From the NCBI GenBank assembly GCA_003820375.1, contig RPQH01000001.1, forward strand, positions 36,874 through 100,873: a stretch of 64,000 nucleotides of DNA. Direction: 5' to 3'. The DNA is from Ignavibacteriota bacterium. Its GTDB lineage: Bacteria > Bacteroidota > Ignavibacteria > Tepidaquicellales > OLB5. Positions 30,147 to 37,764 of this stretch are shown in pieces. The notes under the pieces are model-generated. The model saw only the letters and a program-made list of their open reading frames with translations, made no database searches and was not told where the DNA came from. The first letter of the stretch is position 1. Each line of letters opens with the position of its first letter. A program made the position numbers and the translations under genes.

Positions 30147-31402
30147 TTCCTAATCGGCCTTAGCCTCATTCATGTAAAAAGTGCTGGCTGTTTCGATATA
30201 GCTAGTAATAATAGTGTTTCAATCGGCTTTCGCCTCATTCATGTAAAAAGAATGAGCAGTGACCAGGGGAATACCTTCTTTTCGGTGTTTCAATCGGCTT
30301 TCGCCTCATTAATGGTCAGATCTTAGTTACAAGTTTTACAGGTTTCAATCGGCTTTCGCCTCATTCATGTAAAAAGTTTGAGCACACAGGCACAGGAACT
30401 TCAAAATCTGAGCGTTTCAATCGACTTTCGCCTCATTCATGTAAAAAGCATCATCAGCCATCATATTCGTTAAATGACTTTTTCACAGAGTTTCAATCGG
30501 CTTTAGCCTCATTCATGTAAAAGGGTTTACCCTTAAACGCCAATGTCAATGTGTCAGAGTTTCAATCGGCTTTCGCCTCATTCATATTTTAACATGGTTA
30601 CGGGTGCGACAGCGGATAACTTTGCGTTTCAATCGGCCTTAGCCTCATTCATATTTTAACTGACGATTCATCCTTCATCAAGGATGACTTCTGTTTCAAT
30701 CGGCCTTTCCTTAGATCCCGTCTTCAGCGGGAAGCCTCATTCATATTTTAACGTGGAAGAAAAACAGACACCACCTCCAGTTACTTTGTTTCAATCGGCC
30801 TTAGCCTCATTCATATTTTAACTGATTCAATAAACTTTATGTCTCTTGGCAAACCGACTATTGGAGTTTCAATCGGCCTTAGCCTCATTCATATTTTAAT
30901 TAATGTTCCAATTCCAGTTTGCTTCGATATTAATGAGTTTCAATCGGCTTTCGCCTCATTCATGTAAAAAGAAGAAATTGCTAAAAAGTTGGACCTGGCC
31001 CGGTGTTTCAATCGGCTTTCGCCTCATTCATGTAAAAAGTTTGACAAGAAGTTTGCCAAAGGTACTGAGATAGATAAGTTTCAATCGGCTTTCGCCTCAT
31101 TCATGTTTTAACTGAATATGTAGTGATTACCAATACTGCCACCGGCGCAGTTTCAATCGGAGTTAGCCTCATTCATGTTTTAACGCAAAGAGACAGCCTG
31201 TGGTGGATATTTGATTCAAAGAGGTTTCAATCGGCCTTAACCTCATTCATATTTTAACTTTGGGCCGAAGTTGTAGGGTTACCATAGGATCAATGTTTCA
31301 ATCAGCCTTAGCCTCATTCATATTTTAACATAAACTTTGACACACGTAAGCCAAGCGAAAAGCAGATGTTTCAATCGGCCTTAGCCTCAATCTATGCAAA
31401 TA
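30147..31402 (-). CRISPR. CRISPR array 3c: 18 repeats (both repeat families, chimeras, one loop-insertion repeat, one truncated repeat)
   Basis: Repeat starts: 30147, 30216, 30287 (truncated after cctcatt), 30342, 30414, 30490, 30559, 30636, 30703 (60-nt insertion variant), 30788, 30866, 30937, 31005, 31078, 31150, 31224, 31295, 31368. Confidence 0.9.
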
Positions 31403-31507
31403 TAACAAATTGAAAAACAATTTTACATCACAGTAATCATTTTCCCGCCAAGGGCGGGATCTCTGCTTCGCTACGACAATCGGCTTTCGCCTCATTCAAT
31501 CAAAAAT
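31403..31507 (-). repeat. Type-2 leader-like element copy b plus an orphan degenerate repeat (31470-31507)
   Basis: Sequence aatataacaaattgaaaaacaattttacatcacagtaatcattttCCCGCCaagGGCGGGatctctg, then gctacGACaatcggctttcgcctcattcaat. Hairpin at 31444-31458. Confidence 0.6.
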
Positions 31508-31540
31508 ATGGAAATGTTTTATTAATTAAAATTATAAAAT

Positions 31541-32470
31541 CTATTTTATTAAAGCATCTGCCAAATTATAAGGAATTTTGCATGCCGGTATTCTTTTCCC
31601 TTTATTAAAACGTATTAATGGTCCTAACTCATATTCTGTTTTACTAATCCTTTTGTAAGATTTAGTTAAGACTGAATTAATTACATATAGCAGTTCAAGA
31701 TTACTTGAGCTAATTGCACCCATCCATTTAAGTGTCTCGCTTTTATCACGTGATACAATAATTACACAGTTACACTCATTCAATATTCTTTGGTTTTTCT
31801 TATCTATTTTGCCGCCGCAGTCAATAAATAAAATCTTCTTATTTTCAGAAGCAGTCTTTATACCTAAAACCGTTTCAGAGACAAATCCTTCGTCAAAAGC
31901 AGTTTTATATCTAAGAGTAGTGCCTAACTGTTCCGGTACATCATGGTACCAGTCACCTTCACCATCTGGACAAGCCCTTATTATATAGAAATATTTCTGA
32001 AAATTCTTCCACCCCCACCTTTTACTAAGCTTCAGAGAAAGAAGGTTAAGAAAAACGGATTTGCCGCTATGAGGCGGGCCCACAAAGGCAATTATTTTAT
32101 TTTTTCTTTTCCCGGGCTTTTTTTTTATCTTGTTTGTCGACTCATGAATTCCAAAATAATGTTTAATATCATCCAATGGAATTACATCTCCTGCTTGAGG
32201 GGATTTTGAATCATGCGATTGTACTACTATTGCTCCTTTACGCGGGTCAAACGTTGCAACCCACTTTGATATATGAAGAAGATGAACTAAATATGAAAAC
32301 AGCCAAACGGGAGATTTACCGGAAATAATTACACCTTTTGTATAATCAATTCCCTTTGGTAATTGGAGATTTCTTATATCCTCCGGGTCTAATAAGCCGT
32401 TCATTGTAATATCCAGAACCTGGAAATCTTTATTACCTTTAATTACTTTAAGTAAAATTTTTTTATTCAA
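31541..32470 (-). CDS. csx3: Csx3 (Crn3-type cA4 ring-nuclease fold) fused to a P-loop ATPase (Csx3-AAA)
   Basis: The N-terminal GVIISGKSPVWLFSYLVHLLHISKWVATFDPRKGAIVVQSHD closely parallels, from memory, the Csx3 core GVVISGRGPIWL...YDPRLGAVVVQSH. It is followed by IIAFVGPPHSGKSVF (Walker A) and ILFIDCGG (Walker B-like). Confidence 0.8.
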   Translation of the reverse strand: MNKKILLKVIKGNKDFQVLDITMNGLLDPEDIRNLQLPKGIDYTKGVIISGKSPVWLFSYLVHLLHISKWVATFDPRKGAIVVQSHDSKSPQAGDVIPLDDIKHYFGIHESTNKIKKKPGKRKNKIIAFVGPPHSGKSVFLNLLSLKLSKRWGWKNFQKYFYIIRACPDGEGDWYHDVPEQLGTTLRYKTAFDEGFVSETVLGIKTASENKKILFIDCGGKIDKKNQRILNECNCVIIVSRDKSETLKWMGAISSSNLELLYVINSVLTKSYKRISKTEYELGPLIRFNKGKRIPACKIPYNLADALIK

Positions 32471-33238
32471 TTATTCTTTACTTCTTCCTGTTAGAGTTTT
32501 TTCCAAAATAGAAGTACCCCCGCTTGTATATTCGAGTAAATTAATATTATACTTTTTAAAATACTCTGTCCAGTAAGTTTTTAATGCTGAATACTGGTCA
32601 GGGGGGAAATCCTGTATTACACCGGTATAAACAAACACTTTAGTTTTGGGAATCTCCATTGCTTCAGTTTTTTCTAAGAATCTTTCTGCATCCTTTGTAT
32701 TTCTAAGAGAGGTAAAATTGTACTTATCGGATTCCTGCACCATATCTGAAAAAAGAATAATGAGGTTTTCACAATCTTCGTTTTTATCATCAAGATATCT
32801 CCGGGTTTCTTTTAATGCTCCAATAATATCAGTTTTTTTACTAAGCTTTTCTCTGGAACTCAAGGCAGCATAATATAAGCTGTCAAAAGTCTTTATGAGG
32901 CTGTCTTTGCTTTCGTCAAATCTCCTTTTTTTAATTCTATCTTTTTGAGCAGGGGAATCCATATCTTTTTCATAACTATTTAAAGCAAAATCAATATGGT
33001 AAATTTCTGTAGCATTTGTCTGGCTGCCGTAATCGATCGGAAGAACAATCATTCTGTCAGTAAAACTCATTGATTTTACCACGTTGTTTTTAATAATATC
33101 TTTATATGATTCAATTACATTTTGAGGGATGCTTTTAGAAAAATCTACGAGGCAAATTATATTATATGTTTTTTCTTTTTTTCCGCATGAAAAGAAAAGA
33201 AACATTATTGAAATCAAAAACAATACTATTTTCTTCAT
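32471..33238 (-). CDS. vWA-domain lipoprotein
   Basis: Signal peptide with lipobox LFFSC. MIDAS-like CLVDFSKSI (DxSxS). IILFSDMVQES resembles the vWA hhhhTDG strand. The stop abuts the csx3-AAA start codon. Confidence 0.55.
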   Translation of the reverse strand: MKKIVLFLISIMFLFFSCGKKEKTYNIICLVDFSKSIPQNVIESYKDIIKNNVVKSMSFTDRMIVLPIDYGSQTNATEIYHIDFALNSYEKDMDSPAQKDRIKKRRFDESKDSLIKTFDSLYYAALSSREKLSKKTDIIGALKETRRYLDDKNEDCENLIILFSDMVQESDKYNFTSLRNTKDAERFLEKTEAMEIPKTKVFVYTGVIQDFPPDQYSALKTYWTEYFKKYNINLLEYTSGGTSILEKTLTGRSKE

Positions 33239-33265
33239 AATGATATAGGTTGTGCTGTTATTAAA

Positions 33266-34486
33266 TTATGCAGTTTGCAATTCTTTTTCCGGTATTTTTT
33301 CATCTGATTTATTTCCTGATTTTAAATCTTTTATTTCTTCTACGAGCTGTATTATAATTTCCTCATTTTTTCTTATTTCTTCCATTTTCTCTTTAATTGC
33401 ATCTGCATTTAAAATTCCATATTTAAACAATTTTTCATCAACACTTTGGATGGAATCATATTTGATATATACTGAATCATTTATAGAGAAACCCGGTTTT
33501 AATCGTTCTTTTTTATATTCTTCATGGAGCTTGTCTTTATTCTGGTCACACTCTAATTTGTATATTCTTCTGACATCAAGTACAAGCTGCCAGAATTTCT
33601 CGATAGTCTTTTTAATCTCATTATTAAATGTAGAAAGAAGGTTTTTTCTATTTTCATCATGCTCATGTATTTTAGTGACTGTTTCTCTCCACTTTTTCCA
33701 GAGCTTATACTTGAGTTTATTTGTAAATTGATTTCTTTTTACAAGTGCCATAAATATTCCTAAAGCAAAAGTAATTGCCATTGTGAGAATTGAAGCCCAA
33801 AACCCAATTCTTTCATTACTTTGTATCTCTTCTGCTGTATATCCTGTAGTATCGGTCTGCTCAAGAAAGTATATCCTGACAAGTCCTGCTGTTATTATAA
33901 TTAAAAAACTGACAGCAGTTAAAACATATCCAAGATTTCTTGTATCTTTGTAGTTTTTAAGTATGTGTTCAGATATTTTATTTTCTTCTTTCTTTTGCTG
34001 CATTTCACGGTATTTAAAATGAGTATCGAAAGAGTAATTAAGAACAACCATTACAACAGTTGCAAGGAATAACGCTAAAACAATTTTTAAAGCCTCTAAT
34101 TGGGGAGGAACAAAAACGGAAGCAGTCAAGTAATACAATCCGATTTCAGCAATTATAAACAAAGTTACTATAAAATAATAGAAGCGGTTTAAGCTTTTTA
34201 CTTTCTGAATTTCATATTCAGTAAATTCATAAGTATTTTTTTTATCCTGTTTGGTATTTTCCTCAATTACTTCAGTGCTTTTTAAAATTCCTTTTAGTTT
34301 ATTATATCTTTTTTGCATTCTTGAATATACATTCTGGAGCTTTTTCATATAAGCATCAGAATAATGAAGAATTTCATTAATAGCGTAAGTTTTCTGTTGT
34401 TTAACGGCAAGATCAACTTTGTTGGGGTCATTTTTTTGTCTTTTAAGTCGGAGCCTTCCGAAGAAATTTAATATCCAGTTTATCAT
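33266..34486 (-). CDS. 4-TM (two TM hairpins) membrane protein with long coiled-coil/helical cytoplasmic regions
   Basis: Four hydrophobic helices: FYYFIVTLFIIAEIGLYYL, IVLALFLATVVMVVL, LGYVLTAVSFLIIITAGLV and FWASILTMAITFALGIFMALV. They are flanked by K/E-rich helical segments. First gene of a 3-gene minus-strand operon. Confidence 0.55.
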   Translation of the reverse strand: MINWILNFFGRLRLKRQKNDPNKVDLAVKQQKTYAINEILHYSDAYMKKLQNVYSRMQKRYNKLKGILKSTEVIEENTKQDKKNTYEFTEYEIQKVKSLNRFYYFIVTLFIIAEIGLYYLTASVFVPPQLEALKIVLALFLATVVMVVLNYSFDTHFKYREMQQKKEENKISEHILKNYKDTRNLGYVLTAVSFLIIITAGLVRIYFLEQTDTTGYTAEEIQSNERIGFWASILTMAITFALGIFMALVKRNQFTNKLKYKLWKKWRETVTKIHEHDENRKNLLSTFNNEIKKTIEKFWQLVLDVRRIYKLECDQNKDKLHEEYKKERLKPGFSINDSVYIKYDSIQSVDEKLFKYGILNADAIKEKMEEIRKNEEIIIQLVEEIKDLKSGNKSDEKIPEKELQTA

Positions 34487-34775
34487 GGTTAATTAAAATT
34501 AGTTCTTGGAATATATGTGTGAATTTAATTATTAATCTATAAGGAATGTCAGTAAACGTACAGTCGTAATGATATAGCATCTATTTCTGAATAAGCCATA
34601 TGAACAATAACCTATGAACCAGAATAGAAGCAGTCAGGAAGTGAGAAAATTTGCTTCTTCTAAAGACAGGAAAAACAGTTAATTAAATATACATATTGGT
34701 AAAAAAATAAACAATGAAGATTAATGAGGCAGGATAATTTAAATTAATAGAAGAAGATGGATATGATCAAAGATA

Positions 34776-36062
34776 GTTTTCAATCGGCTTTCGCCTCATT
34801 CATGTAAAAAGTACAGTAGATTATCATATATAACGGTATGACGTTTCAATCGGCTTTTCTTTAGATCCCGTTTTTAGCGGGACGCCTCATTCATGTAAAA
34901 AGCACTTATAATGATATGCTGACAACTGTGAACTTTTAGTTTCAATCGGCTTTCGCCTCATTCATGTAAAAAGGAGATATGCCCTGGAGTAACACCGAGC
35001 TTACCGAGTTTCAATCGGCTTTCGCCTCATTCATTTAAAAAGTTATCAAGTAGAAATAGTTTCTATACTTGGCAAAGAAGAGTTTCAATCGGCTTTCGCC
35101 TCATTCATATAAAAAGGCAGTCGCAAAGCCAGGAGATGAAGCAGGAGCAGAAGAATGAGTTTCAATCGGCTTTCGCCTCAATCATGTAAAAAGACACAAA
35201 GACAATAAATTCAGGATAAAAGACCCCAAGTTTCAATCGGCTTTTCCTTAGATCCCGTCTTTAGCGGGACACCTCATTCATGTAAAAAGGAAGAAAATAT
35301 TGAACCAAGCTCTTCATTGCCTGAGTTTCAATCGGCTTTCGCCTCATTCATTTAAAAAGGACAAACTTCGTCCAGTTCGACATTCCAGAGGGAGTTTCAA
35401 TCGGCTTTCGCCTCATTCATGTAAAAAGTTCGTGTATGAAAAAACATTTAACAGGCCGGTCAACATGTTTCAATCGGCTTTCGCCTCATTCATGTAAAAA
35501 GTATAGGCGTATATTATACGAGCACACTAGACGGAGTTTCAATCGGCTTTCGCCTCATTCATGTAAAAAGGAAGAACGAAGCTCAGCCACCTATTGTGAT
35601 TGAGAGTTTCAATCGGCTTTCGCCTCATTCATGTAAAAAGAGACGAGTTCCACCATTCCGTTACATATAAATGGTTTCAATCGGCTTTCGCCTCATTCAT
35701 GTAAAAAGGTAAATAGCGAATCTACAACTAGCGCAAAGAGGTTTCAATCGGCTTTCGCCTCATTCATGTAAAAAGATGTTCCATTCAGTGAGAGATGATT
35801 TGCGCGAAATTGTTTCAATCGGCTTTCGCCTCATTCATGTAAAAAGTAACTGCAATCCATCCAAATATGATTTGCAAGAGTTTCAATCGGCTTTCGCCTC
35901 ATTCATGTAAAAAGTTATTTGTAATCGTGAATTCGTATTCTCAAAAAATCAGCGGTTTCAATCGGCTTTCGCCTCATTCATGTAAAAAGGAAGTCTTGGT
36001 TCTGACTCAGATTGGAATCTTAAGGGAGTTTCAATCGGCTTTCGCCTCATTCATGTAAAAAG
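34776..36062 (-). CRISPR. CRISPR array 4: 18 repeats; units nearest 36062 are identical, variants cluster at the low-coordinate end
   Basis: Repeat starts: 34776, 34843 (insertion variant), 34939, 35008, 35082, 35159, 35230 (insertion variant), 35325, 35394, 35467, 35536, 35606, 35674, 35741, 35812, 35880, 35955, 36028. Consensus is GTTTCAATCGGCTTTCGCCTCATTCATGTAAAAAG. Confidence 0.95.
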
Positions 36063-36131
36063 AGCGGGGTTGTAAGTATATTATATTTAGATAGTTTATA
36101 TACCCATTTTCTGACGGTGTACTTTTCAGGG

Positions 36132-36271
36132 CTCTTTTTCACCTCAAAATTAGTAATAAATTCTTAATATGTCAACTATTTACCTCTAAGTTATAATAAA
36201 ATAAGGCATCTGTCAGAACAGGCACTAAAAAAAAGTTAAGTCTCAATAAAATAAAGTACTTAACCAAAAAC
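36132..36271. repeat. Copy B of the ~140-bp direct repeat (partner at 7732-7870), between array 4 and the first integrase
   Basis: See copy A. This copy contains the array 4 promoter boxes. Confidence 0.8.
36147..36175 (-). promoter_or_regulatory. Putative leader promoter of array 4 (TTGACA-N17-TAATTT, extended TAATTTTG)
   Basis: Plus-strand tgtcaa at 36170-36175 and aaatta at 36147-36152 with a 17-nt spacer. It lies ~85 nt from the first repeat, the same layout as the array 1 leader. Confidence 0.4.
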
Positions 36272-36347
36272 AGCCTGTTTTACAAAAAACTGTCAGAAAA
36301 GCTACCTTTACTATTTAATATATAGCTATATAATTGTAAAAATATCT

Positions 36348-37607
36348 TTACAAGGTACTATACTTAATATTATTTATCTTCTCTCTCTCAATCTCAATAT
36401 CCGGATGCAAGTAACCGGATGTAGTTGCTATATCCGCATGACCTGCCATTTTTTGTGCGTTATCGAGAGATATTCCGTTGTGCAGCCAGTTTGTAAAACA
36501 TGTATGTCTGGTTGAATGAAAAACATATTGCCTCTTTGGAAAGCCAAGTTTCCTGATAACACTATTAAGGTAATGGCTTGCAGATTGCTTGTTATAAAGT
36601 TTGCCAAAGATGTAATTGTCTAAATTAAAGTTCTTCGAATTTACCATTTCATTATATAGAGCAAAAATAACTTCAAATACCTCTCGTGTTAGTATTACTT
36701 CACGGTTTTCATAGTCCTTAAGTGTAAAGCCAGGTTTATTTTCAACTCTTATGTATCCTTTTATTTCAAATTCATATTTTTGCCATTCTTCGTTTGTAGA
36801 TGATATATAAATTTTATATATGTCAAAAATCGTATGTCTATTAGAAAAGACAAAATCATTAAATTGAAGATGGAGTATTTCATCGAGTCTCATACCCGTA
36901 TTGAATGCTATAATTGCCACTGCTTTCATTTTAGGTCTTTTGATAGCATTTATGATTTTAGACGCATCACTGTTATTGAATATTCTTCTTGGCTTTTGTG
37001 GAATTGGCAGAGGTTCCAAATTATCGCAAGGATTATTAACCAGATAGTCATAAAATACTGCTTGCCGGAAAATATGATGTAAGTTACGCAAGTCTATATT
37101 TACAGAGACAGGGGAGATTGGCTCATTTGCTTGTCTATTTGATGACTCTTTAACATTTCGTCTATTCATGGTCTTACGCATGTTCTTAAATTTATTTATA
37201 TCATCAAAGCAGTACATGTTAATAGGTTTATTTCCTATGAACTCAAGAAAGTAGTTAATAGTAAGTCTGTAGTTGTTTCTGGTACCTTTACTATGGCTGT
37301 TTTGCATTTCCTTTATTATCAGCGATGCAAATTCTTTGAAATTTAATATGCATTTTCTATTATTTAATGAATCTGTTTTTACTTTAAAGGAATTCATGTA
37401 TTCCCGCAGCTTAGTTTTCGAATTTATCCAGGCAGGCGGCATATGATACTTTCTCACCTTTAGTAGATTTCCATTTAAATCAGTTTTCTCTTCGTACCAA
37501 TAGAAGCACATCTTTTTGCCAACAACAATATTATTGCCAAAGTCATCTTTTAAATATTTTCCATTATGACCTTTTTTATAAAGATTTCTTTTATATGTAT
37601 TAAACAT
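36348..37607 (-). CDS. Tyrosine recombinase/integrase (phage-integrase family)
   Basis: C-terminal catalytic block NTGMRLDEIL ... FHSTRHTCFTNWL ... AGHADIATTSGYLH (R...HxxR...Y). Confidence 0.85.
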   Translation of the reverse strand: MFNTYKRNLYKKGHNGKYLKDDFGNNIVVGKKMCFYWYEEKTDLNGNLLKVRKYHMPPAWINSKTKLREYMNSFKVKTDSLNNRKCILNFKEFASLIIKEMQNSHSKGTRNNYRLTINYFLEFIGNKPINMYCFDDINKFKNMRKTMNRRNVKESSNRQANEPISPVSVNIDLRNLHHIFRQAVFYDYLVNNPCDNLEPLPIPQKPRRIFNNSDASKIINAIKRPKMKAVAIIAFNTGMRLDEILHLQFNDFVFSNRHTIFDIYKIYISSTNEEWQKYEFEIKGYIRVENKPGFTLKDYENREVILTREVFEVIFALYNEMVNSKNFNLDNYIFGKLYNKQSASHYLNSVIRKLGFPKRQYVFHSTRHTCFTNWLHNGISLDNAQKMAGHADIATTSGYLHPDIEIEREKINNIKYSTL

Positions 37608-37764
37608 TAATTATTAATTGCTTGGTAAAAGTTAAAAGAAATTATTTTGCAATATTCCAAATCATATTGGAATAAATGTTTATTTAAGAATGATAATATA
37701 TTTAGTTTAAAGTTTACTTGAATATCATATTAAGATACTTTTATAGTATGATAAAATGTAAATC

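Noticed and set aside
33252-33731. 159-aa plus-strand ORF antisense to the 4-TM gene, and similar antisense ORFs inside the cas genes: 8122-8325, 8957-9241, 9909-10139, 11170-11367, 13277-13474, 14894-15310.
   Set aside because: They are low-complexity S/F/L/I-rich mirror-frame products of AT-rich coding sequence. They have no start context and lie fully inside better-supported genes.
17484-36062. Plus-strand transcription of the arrays (repeat read as GTTTCAAT...GTAAAAAG).
   Set aside because: That orientation would give two different 8-nt tags (GUAAAAAG and AUUUUAAC) for one effector complex. The minus strand gives an invariant canonical AUUGAAAC tag. Degenerate terminal repeats and the promoter boxes also fit the minus strand. 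Two G-T wobble-compatible hairpin variants (27258, 29158) weakly favour plus-strand RNA folding, but they are single observations.
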